Origin: Octopus vulgaris
Lineage: Eukaryota
Direction of reading: 5' to 3'
DNA: 64,000 nt
Assembly (NCBI GenBank): GCA_951406725.2
Contig: OX597814.1
Location: forward strand, 42,036,001-42,100,000
The notes beneath the pieces were generated by a model. That model searched no databases, was not told the DNA's origin, and saw nothing but the letters and a program-made list of their open reading frames with translations. Both the position numbers and the translations under genes were made by a program. Position 1 is the stretch's first letter; the number at the start of each line of letters is the position of its first letter. Below are positions 1-13,368 of the stretch, piece after piece.

Positions 1-2415
1 ATATTACATGTGTTTGTATATTAAGCGTACTCATGTTTATGATTTGCGGGATGTACAAAATAAGTATTGTTTCTTGCAATTTAAAGGAGAAGAAGCAATT
101 TAATAGCTAATGATTTTGCACCAGCAATATATCTTATGATAATATTACATACATCATTGTGTCTGTTTTATTTTTATCATACAAGTATGTACACGTGCTG
201 GTGCCCCTACACAAACACACATATGCTTGTACATGTGTTTGAATAATTATACATTTGTATGTGTATACAAATATTTTAAACTCTCTAAATTTGAAGTTAG
301 AGAGTGAACAATCACACAGAAGCGTTTATAGAATATAAGTGCACACGCACACATATACACACACCCATTCAAACAGTAACACTAATGAAATACACACACT
401 TATTCTGTCGTATTGCAAGAGAATTCACACACGTGTACGTTTTCACATTACACTCATATAAATGAATACCTCAATGAATTCAGAAACTCAAGAAAAGTCA
501 TTGCTTAGACAAAAGCGTTTTGCTACTTATTCAGTAGTCGGTTTGAATTTCGGCAAAAGAAATCTTCTCATATACACATGCATACATACATACATACAGA
601 CATACATACAATCATACATACATACATACACACATACATGCATTTGGGGAAAGAAATCAAGGAATTAGCTAACATATTACAAATCCAATATATAAGTGAA
701 ACAATAAAAATATTCAAGGTTCTTCTGAAGTTTAAAACGTTACTTTATGTTTTTGTAATTTACATTCTAACGATGGAGCTGGGTTTCTTTGTTAGCAGTT
801 ATATCTTCCTCAGGTAAGAATTTAAATAATTAAAAGCAGACAAGAACATACATGCATACAAACCTAAATACATACATACGTAAGTACATCGGTACATACG
901 TAGAAAAGATAGAAAAACGATTATGTCTTTTTTTTTTTGAATTTCTGACCGTTTTGTTTAGAATAACAATCTGAAATAACGTAGAAACAGCACTTCATTT
1001 TTGAAAGACTTATATTACTTTTATCGAATTAACAACAAAAATACATAAAGATTCCACAATGAGATTCAGCTATGAGAATAAGATCTTCAAGAAATAGAAG
1101 TGCCTTCCCATGAATACTCAATCTTAAACTCATCTGTGATGGCCTCGGAAGAAACTAAGAGCTAAACATTGATGGAAAACGTTTCATTATAATTTTGCTA
1201 GTTTTTGACACCACAACAACGAAATTCTGCCATGCTTTTTTCTATAAAGCAGAAACAATATTCTCAAGAACAAATTATACCAACTGATTCAAGATGGGAA
1301 AGAGAACGAACATGGTGTAATATATAAAATATGTACTATTTGTAAAATAATGAATAAAGATGAAGACTTTCAAACATATCGACTTGAAAATTATGTACAG
1401 AAAATTACTTAATGTATAACTATTATGCAGCAGTTCGATTAGTGGTAAATAATACCAGTTTGTTGCCTATAAAAATGAAAAAAAAAATGTTTGTAACACA
1501 CAATATATTGAACATAGTTCGATATGTTGTTTATATACAATTTGAGTATATTTCAAATAGTTAGGAAATAAAACCACAATATGTCCAGCAGTATCTAAAT
1601 GTCATAACGTTGAAAGAAATACGCTGATGTGAATCAATAACGACATATGACTGGTCATTTAAGAAACGAAGAATATATCAAGACTGCCTAATAAAGGGTT
1701 TAGAAAGATTGATGTTATAATATACTCAGAAATCGAACGTTTCTTCTTTACAGAATTCTTATTGAAGTTGTCGTTATTATCGCATTTCTTTAAGATTTAG
1801 TATTTTCACATTAAACGAGCAACTTATTGCAGTCTGATCAAGAAACTATCTCAGTCGTTATTATCTTTAATTGGCTATTTAAGGCATTCCTCAGCAAGCA
1901 CCCTCTATAATTTCCCTTTATATTTACGGATGGCAAAACCTATCAATTTATTTCAGATGTAAGGAATTTATATTAACCAGATTTCTTCATATCATGATTT
2001 ATCTCTGCTAATATTACTCTTGAAACATAGTAAACTCTCTAATACGAATATTTTCTTTTTCGAAAGGACTTATCGGTTTTCCTTTGACATTTATAAAAGA
2101 TTTTAGGTTCATGAACATTTACAAATATCTTCAAATACAGCATGTTCTACAGACTGATTTATAGAATTTCGTGGTTTATGTGGCACAGGTAATTTGGTGA
2201 TAAAGTAAACAAACAAAACTAGTTTATGCATCTATAACATGGTGATACTAACCAAAATAACAAATGCTTGTACATAATGGCCTTTTGCTTTAGGAACATG
2301 TGTATCACGTGGTTAACTGAAATGCAAATGAATTGAAATACCAGATACTACAGTAGATAAAATATAAAGTAAATTTTAATGTAAATATGTACAAAATATT
2401 CGTCATGCACACAAC

Positions 2416-2750
<335 letters not shown>

Positions 2751-2752
2751 TA

Positions 2753-3122
2753 CAGGTGTTGGACAAAATAATAGAAGCACCTTAAAATTTCAAACAAATT
2801 TTATATTGCTATTGACCGCAGTTTGGCATTAATTACAGCTTGTGGTCTACAAGGGATTGACTCGAACAAAGTTTCAACTGTCTCCAAAGGAAACTTTTTG
2901 TGCATTCTTCAGCTAAAACAGGCTCCAGCTATTCTAGTGATGAGGTTGGAGGATGTCGACTCATTGATTTTCTAAAATTCACCATCAATGTTCAATAATG
3001 TTCAGATCTGGGGACTTTCTTGACTAGATAATTTGTTCAACTTCACTAGAATGTTCCTCGTGCATTCAGTAATAACATTTTCTGTGTGAATTGGTGCATT
3101 ATTATCCTGAAAGATTGCGTCT
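2753..3122 (-). mobile_element. Tc1-family DNA transposon, 3' fragment with one TIR (decayed transposase C-terminus)
   Basis: TA|CAGGTGTTGGACAAAATAATAGAAGCACC Tc1-type TIR at 2751-2781. Minus strand gives DAIFQDNNAPIH...SPDLNIIEH*W...[16 protein letters not shown], matching Tc1 motifs FQxDNAPxH, SPDLNPIE and SMPxRxxAVI. Confidence 0.85.
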
Positions 3123-4939
3123 GTTAGTTGGATCGCTAAGTGAGAAAGATTATAGCATGTGTGTGTGTGTTTGTGGATAGAACTAGGGCTAAGTACACGA
3201 ATGGTATTGCCAACAGATTTGCATGGTTTTCTCTATAATATTTCTTTCACTTCTGTCGTTGTGGGTATTAATTTTAGTAATTTTATTAAAAAAATAATAG
3301 AAATATTCCTGACATAAGGAAGGTATTCAGTGTTATAACCTTTCCGATTTGATCAGTTTACCCAATAAAATTCTTCTCATATACAAATAAATCATGAAGA
3401 GGTTTATAGTAATCTGAGGAAGACTTAACAGTATTAAACTATTTTAAGATGAAAGTATGATGATGTAACGTATATATGAGGTGTTACGCCTTCTGCAGTA
3501 TAATTAATCTACAGTCAACTTTTTTTTCCACATTTTTTCACAACGTTTACGGAATTTAGATATGCTTCTCAGGTTCTTCTATCGAAGCGCAACCATATGA
3601 AGAAGAATACAGAAATATGATACTATGCTGCTTTGCGTTTGTGAACATGTGATAATCCCTCGGTTTTAAAAGTGCCCTTTATCTTAGGTATACTCTGCAC
3701 GAAAACAATTTCTAGTTATATCATAATGTGGTAACATAGTTATCATCGTCAATAAATTATGTGGCATTGAAATTGGTCAATGACTGGATTAGATAGACAG
3801 CGCAGAAATGGTTGCGATTATGCGAATGATATCATCCCCTCCAAGTATTATTCCTTCACTGCCCTGGATGAATGTTATATACATACATATGTGTGTACGT
3901 AAGTAGGTATTGTATGTACATATTCATGTATATATGTTTAACGAATTGCGTAATATAATCTACTATAAAGCTTCTTTCTGTTTCTCAACTGTAAAAATAT
4001 GTACGTCATTCGCTAAAGCATCAACATATTGCAAACCGAATATCTTTTTAAATATTTAAAATATATTTGCCAATATGCTATTTTGAAATTTATATAACTC
4101 TATTTTTTCTGTCTTGTTTCTTTATCTATATTTGGCATTTTTTTTTCGTGAAAAAACTCGAAATAATATCGAATGACATTGCTTTTCTACATTTTATGTT
4201 ACTTCCTTCTCTTACAATGATCTACTGCAATACATTATTTTTCAGGCTATATATTTTACCATGTGTTTATTTCTGTGCAGAGAGTGCGAGACAGTTGTGT
4301 TCCAAAATACATGTTATTTTTGTTTTTGAATTGCATTCTAGAATTCTACTTAATGCAAGGAACTACAATTGAAGCACACAGATAATAATGCACACTTACG
4401 GACCCAAGGATGTACACAGATTTCAGTAAATGTATGAACAACACATGCATGCGAAATATATTAATGCATATCTGACTAAAATATTTCTGCACTTGGAAGG
4501 ATGTTTCATGTGTTATTGTTTTACAGATATATTTTGAAGAAATAAAGATATGCTATCCATTAAATATAAAGACAAATGCTAGCTTTATTTAGTGTTTCAC
4601 GAAGAAAGATGAAAAAAATGTTTTACTCATTCTTATAGTATTTCTCTATACATCCGAATTACATTAATTTCTTTCTTTTATATATGTATGCACCTTTGTA
4701 TGGATGTTTGTATGTACATATATGTATTTATGAATGTATGTATGTACGCGTGTCAGTGTGTCTGTGTACCTGTGCTTCTGTGTATGTACATTTGTGTGTA
4801 TACACACATATCTATGTATGTACGTATGCATGTATATATGTATGCATCTATGTAAGCATCTGTATATACATTCATCGCAAAATCTAAGAAAGGAAACATC
4901 TCAACCAGAAGAAAATCTAAGAATCCTGGAACGGAAATT

Positions 4940-5110
4940 GGAGTAAACACCTTAACGAAGAAATAAATTGTCAACATTGAGCAGCTCTGCGCATAGTTTG
5001 TTACCTACCACACGCTGAGAAAGCTCATGCCAAATGTTAACTGCGTGTGGTAGGAAGGATCTATCGCAGAATTTCATCAATGACCATGCCAGCCTATGAT
5101 AAGAAAGCAA
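4940..5110 (-). mobile_element. CR1/L2/Jockey-type LINE 3' end remnant
   Basis: ORF 4952..5158(-) contains FCDRSFLPHAVNIWHELSQRVV, resembling the R..FF..R.VN.WN.LP..VV C-terminus of CR1-group ORF2. Confidence 0.5.
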
Positions 5111-5201
5111 CGGATAAACGACAAATGGTTTCGCGAGTATATCGCGTCGTGTACACATATATGTTTACGGATTCCTTTTCCTGGATGCAACATGTAAGTA
5201 A

Positions 5202-5203
<2 letters not shown>

Positions 5204-5296
<93 letters not shown>

Positions 5297-5300
5297 TATA
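5204..5300. repeat. (TA)n microsatellite
   Basis: Read directly. Confidence 0.95.
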
Positions 5301-6260
5301 TGTATGTATGAACTAAAAGAAGGGAAATGCACGCAGTTTACATAATATTTTTAAATATATTTTATCAATGATAAAGTATTATTTGTGGAAATGTTTCGGT
5401 TTCGTTAATCAATACCTTGAAATTATTGTAATTGGTGGTCGATAATATTCCGGTCAAGAGAGCAAATTGCTAATTCTGAGGGAGCGGGGTAATTAAATTC
5501 CAGAACTCAAAAGCTAAAATATTGAAATGAAATATTTAAAGTGTTGTTTATGTGAATATGCGCTAAGATATATAATGAGATCAAAGTTTGTTATACGTTC
5601 ATATTTATGCGTGTTCTGTAGTTTTCGATAAATAAATTCACTTTATTTAAACGTTCTTGTACAGAGAGTGTTTCTTTGCAATGGTAGATGGGGTGAATGT
5701 GAAAATTGATTCCATATTACCTGTACATCTCTCTATTTGTTCGTTCAAAGAACCCCTTTGTACTATTGTAAATAAATTATTTCCTTATGTAGTGTCGTTC
5801 TCCATCTAAGTACCATACTTGCTGTTCAATATAGTTGTGTCCACAACATTAACAAATATAACTCAGATTAGATTCTGGGAAGCACAATTGAAGTTTTAAT
5901 TTTGAATCTTATTTAAATAAAAATCCCGAGCATTCTTGCAAAATAAGCAGTTACCTTCCCGGTCCTAAATAACAATAATCACAAATTACCTCCCCTTAGA
6001 TATTTCCACCAGTTGATTAATTTCTTTAACAAACCCCAACATATGATATGGACGAATATTTTCTTGAACAAATGCGAAATTACAATAATTTCAAGATCAT
6101 GATTAGCATAAGCGAAAACAGTCGACAAACAATATTCTGCCCTTTATAAAATATATTAAACGCATCATATATTAACACTATATAAACATTGTGCATTTTT
6201 CTTCTTTAATTTCATATATAATTATATACATATATATATATATATACATGTATATAAATA

Positions 6261-6318
<58 letters not shown>

Positions 6319-6363
6319 TACATATATATGTATATGTATGTTTATAGATATGGATGTATATGA

Positions 6364-6401
<38 letters not shown>

Positions 6402-6439
6402 ATATATATACGTATACATTTGTGTGTGTATACAGTTAA

Positions 6440-6548
6440 ATAATGAGGGTACAAATTAATATTAAGTAACATCAATTTAAACCAGTGGCATATCATACTT
6501 AAAATATCCGAAGATTAAGAAATGATATTGTATGCATATATAAGAGGA
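6440..6548. mobile_element. Diverged terminal fragment related to the 49723-50461 element
   Basis: TGAGGGTACAAATTAATATTAAGTAACATCAATTTAAACCAGTG resembles TGAGGGTAAAATTAATTAATTATTAATCAATTTCACCAAGTG at 49731. Both follow TA-rich microsatellite. Confidence 0.55.
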
Positions 6549-6549
6549 A

Positions 6550-6665
6550 TAACCACCAAGGTGGATTCCAAATATTTTAGACAAAGACGTTAAATCCTCC
6601 TGCCATTCATCGTCCTAAGGACATTCGACGTCTTCTAGTATATTAGGAATCCACCTTCGTAGTTA
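6550..6665. repeat. Imperfect ~48-bp inverted repeat (hairpin/MITE-like)
   Basis: TAACCACCAAGGTGGATTCCAAATAT...AAGACGT (6550-) pairs with GACGTCTTCTAGTATATTAGGAATCCACCTTCGTAGTTA (-6665). Confidence 0.7.
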
Positions 6666-6684
6666 GAACTGTTATATATATGTA

Positions 6685-6774
6685 TAAAGACTTTTTCTAT
6701 TCCTGAGCGTTATACTAATACATCTCTTTGTTTTGTACACCACCTGTCTTCGTCTTTTGTTTTTTCGCAAACTT

Positions 6775-6779
<5 letters not shown>
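6685..6779 (+). mobile_element. Truncated copy of the HHR-bearing short element at 37900-38056
   Basis: AAAGACTTTTTCTATTCCTGAGCGTTATACTAATACATC...GTACACCACCTGTCTTCGTC...CCCTATA closely matches 37958-38056 and runs into (TA)n. Confidence 0.8.
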
Positions 6780-6862
<83 letters not shown>

Positions 6863-6997
6863 ATGTATATATATATACATATACATATATATATATACAC
6901 ACATATACATATACATATATATACGTATATGTGTATGTATATATATATACATATATATATATACACCTATATATATATATATACATATATATATACA

Positions 6998-7079
<82 letters not shown>

Positions 7080-7085
7080 CATATA
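6779..7085. repeat. Compound (TA)n/(TG)n/(CA)n microsatellite
   Basis: Read directly. Confidence 0.95.
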
Positions 7086-7776
7086 AGTGTTTGTATGTAT
7101 TTTTTATATATGCGTTCTTTAATATCTATGGATTAGTAAAGTAACTAAAGTTGGTTACCTATCCGTAGAGAAACAATTATTTCTATCACATTATGCCACT
7201 TTCGATACATCAAAATTTCAGCTGATTATTTCTCATGTTGTTTGCTTCATTATTTATTTTGCACAAAACGCTGCTCTCCTTCTTTATGTCAATCTGTAAA
7301 ACTTTTTTTCATTCTGTTCATAATATTCTAATGTAGAAGCCTGCGATAATAGCTACCTTTGTCATATCTAATATTTGTAGATGTCATAAATATAAGATTA
7401 TAAAATACTTTCTGCTAATTAATCCATGTCATATTCACACTTTTGTATTTATTTTTGTTCTTAAAATTATCTTCGTACATACATGCGTAGAGGATGTGAT
7501 TGGCAAGTAGTGCTGCGCGTTTGCATGAGTAGCGTTTTTATCATATGCTGAAGTTCTGTTGTTGAGACATTGTGTGCAGTAATATGTACATTAAAAAAGT
7601 GGAATGTACTGTGTATACGTATTTTTTTTTATCGTGGGGTTGTGGGGACTCTCAACTGATTTCAAATACTATTTTTTTCTGTTTGGTTTCAGCATATCTG
7701 GTTGTTTGCGTTGAATATTTTGTAAGCTTTTTCGGCGAAACGTTAAGGTTTGCCTGAATTTTTCAATTATTATATT

Positions 7777-8190
7777 AGTAGTGGCTGCGTGGTAAGTAGC
7801 TTGCTTACCAGCCACATGGTTCCGGGTTCAGTCCAACTGCGTGGCACCTTCGGCAAGTGTCTTCTGATATAGCCTCGGGCCGACTGAATCATTGTGAGTG
7901 AATTTGGTTGACGGAAACTGAAAGAAACCCGCCATATATATGTATATACATATATGCGTGCGGATATGGTTGTGTGTCTGTTTGCCCCCACCCCCAACAT
8001 CGCTTGACAACCGATGCTAGTGTGTTTATGTCCCCATAAATTAGCGGTTCGGCAAAAGGGGACAATAGAATAAGTACTAGGCTTACAAAGAATAAGTCCT
8101 GGGCTGGATTAGATCGACTAAAGGCGATGCTCCAGCATGGCCACGGTCAAATGACAGAAACAAGTAAAAGAGTAAATGAATAAAGAGTAT
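7777..8190 (+). mobile_element. tRNA-derived SINE (abundant octopod-type family), near full length
   Basis: Head GTGGCTGCGTGGTAAG (A-box-like) ... GGGTTCAGTCC (B-box-like), core GGCACCTTCGGCAAGTGTCTTCT, internal TA/TG tract, tail CAAGTAAAAGAGTAAA. Four further copies in the window. Confidence 0.85.
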
Positions 8191-9593
8191 AATGTTTCGT
8201 TCAAGATTTCATTCTATGCACTATACAGGCATGATAGCTAAACATCTTGGTGCCTTCAACATACATAAATTCTCAGCTTTAGTCTCTAAGTATAATCTTT
8301 TGAAACATGTGCCACATTGTCCTCCTTGTGCTAATGTATCCTTCTCTCTCGTTTTTACTTCAGTTTCGGTTGCGTTGTTATAATTTGGATTACACTTGTT
8401 TGCATTCTAGAGAAGAGAAAGCATTTTCGATTTTCATATCGACATAACGACGACTTATTAGCTAGATATAATATTTCAATTCTGATTTTTTTTTTTACTA
8501 TTTTAAGCACTTTGTTGTATTTCTGATTTTTTTCTCTTTTCCTATATGCAACTGTGCTTCAATTGTCTTTCATTATTGATTCTCTGTAAAACTGAAAATC
8601 ATTTTCATTTTTGTCTTATGGTTTCTGAGTGTTTCTTTATATTCTTTTTCGATTTCCTGGATTTACATCTAACTATGTGGGCATTTATTAGGAAGTACAC
8701 ACATTTTTTTGTAAATTGATGTGTTTTCTACTTAATTTATTTGAAATACATTAGATAAATTGATGTTCACATCTTTCTCGACGCCGGATTAAATTTGTAT
8801 TTCTATTGATAATTTGTCAATGAGAGACAGTTCTTAGAAGACGAAGTCAACTTCATGTCTAATAATTTCGTTTAAATATTTTGAATATTTTTCATAACTC
8901 TATGTGATCATAATTCGGTGGATAAGTTTGCTAGATTTGAGTATAAATTTTATGTCATAATATCCACTTGACAAAGTTCTTATTTGAAACGTATTTTGTG
9001 AAATTTGGTTGCATACATACAACTCTTATCATTACAAAATCTTTGTGCAATTTTTTGTTTGTATTGTCAACATTTATAACTATTTTAAGCGTTTACCCTC
9101 ACTATCTGGCGTTGTGACCAGGAGTGTTGGTGATGAGGCAGCATATTACATTCGGTAGTATATTGATAACTCAAAATTATTTCCGCGTAAAAGTTCAATA
9201 AATAAACTAATTTATGACAAAAATATATAGGTTAACAAATAAAATTTATGGAAGTAAGTTTCTTCTTTTGCATACAATTCACATATTAAATCTATTAAAA
9301 TTTCATAAACTTCTTTCTATAGCGAAAGCGTTTCGAATATAGATATATTATGATTATTTCTACATTTCTAATGCTACTGGTATGCATTTATTTGTATATT
9401 GACTCCTCAACTATTACAGTTCCAGTAAGGATTGAAATTATGCTTACGTAAGAAGTTTAACTTTACAAGATATATTTATTTAACACCACAGTGTGTGTAT
9501 ATTAATTTCTAATAGTTAATCTATAGGTATTTCTTTATTTGCTAATATAACTTTTACCTGAGGTTCTAACAGCGCAGGTGTTTTTGTGTGTGT

Positions 9594-9796
9594 AGGAGTT
9601 GCGCAGAAAAATTCCTGGCTTTCCATAACAACAAATAGAAGAGAATCAGTTTAGTACGTGTTATTCAATATATTCCTCTCTATAATCCACAAACCTATTA
9701 CAGCGGTCTTCTAGCTTTTCTAATTTGGAAATTTGGGTCCCGATAAGTCATCTTGCGTGATACCGTTACCGCCAAAACACAATTCAGCATCCTCTC

Positions 9797-9798
<2 letters not shown>
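9594..9798 (-). mobile_element. Mariner-derived MITE (internally deleted)
   Basis: Degenerate TIRs (TAGGAGTTGCGCAGAAAAATTCCTGG / AATTCAGCATCCTCTCGT). Minus strand keeps a transposase-like C-terminus KLEDRCNRFVDYREEYIE* (cf. mariner ..RW.KCV...GEYVE*). Confidence 0.55.
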
Positions 9799-9884
<86 letters not shown>

Positions 9885-10014
9885 CGTGTGTGTGTGTGCG
9901 TGTGTGTTCGTGAGTGTGTGTGTGTGCGTGTGTGTCGTTAAGTATATCAATTCGTTTTGCAAAATTCATGATTTGAAACAGATATTGATTTATTGCGGGA
10001 TTCTTTTATTCTTT

Positions 10015-10406
10015 CTTATGTTTCATTTATTTTACTGCGACTATTCTGGAGCACCACGTTTAGTCGAACAAATGGACACCAGAATTTATTCATTGAACGC
10101 TTAGTATTTGATCTATCGGTCTCTTTGTTGAACCACTAGGATACAGGGACGTAAACACAGCAACATCGGTTCTCTAGCGATGGTGGTGGACAAATACAGA
10201 CACACAAACATATACACACATACATATACAAATATATATATACGAGGGGCTTCTTTCTGTTTCCTTCTACAAAATCCACTCAGAAGTCTTTGGTAGGCCC
10301 GAGGCTATAGTAGAAGACGCTTACCCAAAATACCACGCAGTGGAACATAACCCGGCACCATGTGGTTGTTAGGTACGCTACTTACGACACAGGCACTCTT
10401 GCTCCT
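10015..10406 (-). mobile_element. tRNA-derived SINE, same family as 7777-8190
   Basis: Reverse-complement homology: GGCCCGAGGCTATAGTAGAAGAC..., CCACGCAGTGGAAC..., ACCATGTGGTTG, CTGGAGCACC..TTTAGTCGA. Confidence 0.85.
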
Positions 10407-10506
10407 ATTTTATATATTTAGTTTTTCGCCAAATAGCGCGTGTGCTTAATTAGCAAATGGATAAATAAATAAAATGATCATCCTGAAATAAAACAATATA
10501 TATATA

Positions 10507-10552
<46 letters not shown>

Positions 10553-10859
10553 AATGTATGTAGGTATGTAATGCATATGTTATAATGTTACGAACTACTA
10601 AGTTTCATGCATAGCAGACAAAAGTTTAAGCAATTTTTATTGCATGCCTTGTGTCTCTTAACACTCCTCTGGCTCTGAGCACATATCCTATTAAATCTCA
10701 GAATCAGGATATTGTATCAAGGGAATCATGGCAAAAGGGGGATGCAAAACTGAGAAGCGGGAAAGAAAAGAAAATGAAAAGGAGAGTATTAGTGTTATGT
10801 CGCTTTCGACTGTAAACTATTATATAAATTTGTTGTAGATTAATATAGCGAAGAGTGTT

Positions 10860-11330
10860 ACAAAGTTGCTGAATCCGGAGAGGGTGGTATACTCCTCTTC
10901 CTAAAGAGAAACTTGTGCGTGTGCTTGCATCTATTGAAAATGTTTACCTTGGAATTCAGTAGTGCCGTTGAATTCATAGATCTTAAAGCCTAAAAGAATA
11001 TTCGAACTTTAAGCTACGCATTAGGTGCATTCTTTCGACCCTTTTCCATATAGCATAGATTCCTTGAGGATTCTACACTTGATATTTTATGGTGTGGAGT
11101 GGTTTATCAATCTTCATACATGCTTAACCAAATTAGCTCTTTCACTTTCTTGCGGTTTCACGGTAAATGAAAAAATTACTGATTTTCTGATTTTCTTATC
11201 TTTTTCCGTGTCTTCCACTCTTCCTTCTCACTTTACTCGTGATTTGTTTCGTTCCTGATCTGTAAAGAGCAAGGAGATTGCTTGGAGATTCAAGGCTTAT
11301 TATAAAACATTACTTATATTTCCAACTCCA
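10860..11330 (-). mobile_element. Penelope-like element GIY-YIG endonuclease C-terminal remnant
   Basis: Minus strand, across stops and frameshifts: LVKHV*RL...NIKCRILKESMLYGKGSKECT*CV...ALLNSKVNIFNRCKHTHKFL. Matches the LSKHIW.LK...I.W.IL...C.LCL.EK...LLN.R.E....CRH pattern. Confidence 0.6.
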
Positions 11331-11746
11331 ATGCATGAGTTATTAACAGCTCGTATCTTTATAGAACGTACACTAGATGATATCTATCTCTCACCAGTCG
11401 GAGCAATAGTTATGATCTGCTGCTGAATCTGGATCTAAAAGGCTCGCTTCGAGAGTTGCATTCCCTCGCGTTCGGTACAATATGTTTATTATGGTAGTTT
11501 TGACTTTAAGAGTCCCTCCTAGCGTGAGGCATTTATGTACAGTAATGCCTTTAGAAGATATAAATATGTTTAAAAGGAACAATTAATAAAGTTTTCCCTT
11601 ATGAGATTTTTCACGCTAACTACTTGATAAATTCTTATAAATATTTTATCCTATTTTTCAATCATATATATATAAATTAAAAGGGTGGCGTACAAGCAAA
11701 ACTGAAATGCAAAAATGTTAGAAGTCATAAAAGTTGCGGACATTCT

Positions 11747-11997
11747 AATTAATTCTAAAGCCACTAAAGCACAAACATAATGACTGACAAATGGAGGTAC
11801 GTCCCTAGCTACGAAACAGCGGCTCTTATATGATTGACAAGGGAAGTTTATTTTAATCTTAGTCGTTAAGAGGCACTGATGAGAAATTAAGGTTTTCTAC
11901 ACCAAAAATTAGAAATTACTATACGGCTATGTACGCTAAGGATTCACCTCAATTTGTCAGTCATTAATTTACTGCTTTAATGGCTTCAGAATTAATT
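11747..11997. repeat. Foldback/MITE-like element with ~65-bp inverted arms
   Basis: AATTAATTCTAAAGCCACTAAAGCACAAACATAATGACTGACAAATGGAGGT versus the reverse complement of ACCTCAATTTGTCAGTCATTAATTTACTGCTTTAATGGCTTCAGAATTAATT. Confidence 0.8.
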
Positions 11998-12087
11998 TAA
12001 ACTTTTATTTTCAGCATAATCGGTGCTGGTCTGCAACCTCCGTCACTTTGGTGACCTTTGTTAACCTATAAATACAAACATATTTAT

Positions 12088-12250
<163 letters not shown>

Positions 12251-13328
12251 ATAAACATGTATGTGTGTATGTGTATAAATACACACATACACACATATCT
12301 GCATATATATATTTGTGTATATGTATACTTCAACGTTGGAATATTTATTAATTTTCTAAGCTGAACAAAGCACCAGTGGTCAAATCATTATATTCCTTTG
12401 AGATGATGAAGGGAAGTAGGTTATGCATCGCTAATAGTCTCGAGAAAATTGTTGTCTCAACTGATTAAAAATGATACAAAAGAAAAGAAAACAAAGAGGT
12501 AAAATATCCACATACACCTACGCACACACTCGCACACAGACATACACACACACACCTACGAACGCACATATGCACACACACAAACATACACACACACGTA
12601 TATTTACCTTTGCCCAACACATGCTATATGAGAGAAATATGGCAGCCAGAAACAGTGAACGAGATATTTCAGTAAGATAGATTTGACAGACATTGTTGCA
12701 TGCATATTCTGTTTAGGAATTAACTACATATTACCATTTTTCTGAACTACACGATAATTTCGACATTAAATTAGTGAAATATAATATATTCGATGGAGCA
12801 AACGAAAATTTGTTGTCGAGGAGCAGAACTCCAAACCTTCCGTGTATATTTAGGTTTTATGCCTCAAGCTAGACACTCCACGTATCTTCTGCATACATAT
12901 TTGGTTTGGGTTTTGTGCAGAAACACATTTAATGAACATAGAACTATATATGTATATATGTACATATATGTATGGAGAGAGTGAGATAGGGAGTGATAGA
13001 TTGATAGATAGATAGTTAGATAGTGGAATATAATAGTAGAGAGAGAGAGAGAGAGAGGTAAAGAGAAATTGTGCAACTGCTATGGATGTGTGTCGTGGTT
13101 TTGGTGATGGAGACATGTATATGCACATAAACGGACCATCGGATTTCTTCAGAACATCTTTTGCAGTATAATTTTTTTTATCGTTTTCATATAGCGTATT
13201 CAAATTACGGAAAAGCGTACGTTTTTCAATGGCTACCTTCAGGGATTTTCTTGTGTTTTCTTTTCTGTTCTATAACGGGTACACTGTTACTGCTAATTTA
13301 CGTTATTTTCTACGTAATAAATGGATTT

Positions 13329-13368
<40 letters not shown>

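Noticed and set aside
772-819. ATG...CTCAG|GTAAGA, a possible first coding exon (MELGFFVSSYIFL)
   Set aside because: Only a donor-like motif and a short hydrophobic peptide; no downstream exon could be linked.
980-1560. Purine-rich, possibly coding-derived stretch (very old LINE?)
   Set aside because: No motif recoverable with confidence.
11870-11930. CTGATGA...GAAA, a possible hammerhead
   Set aside because: No credible helix II/III geometry or helix I pairing.
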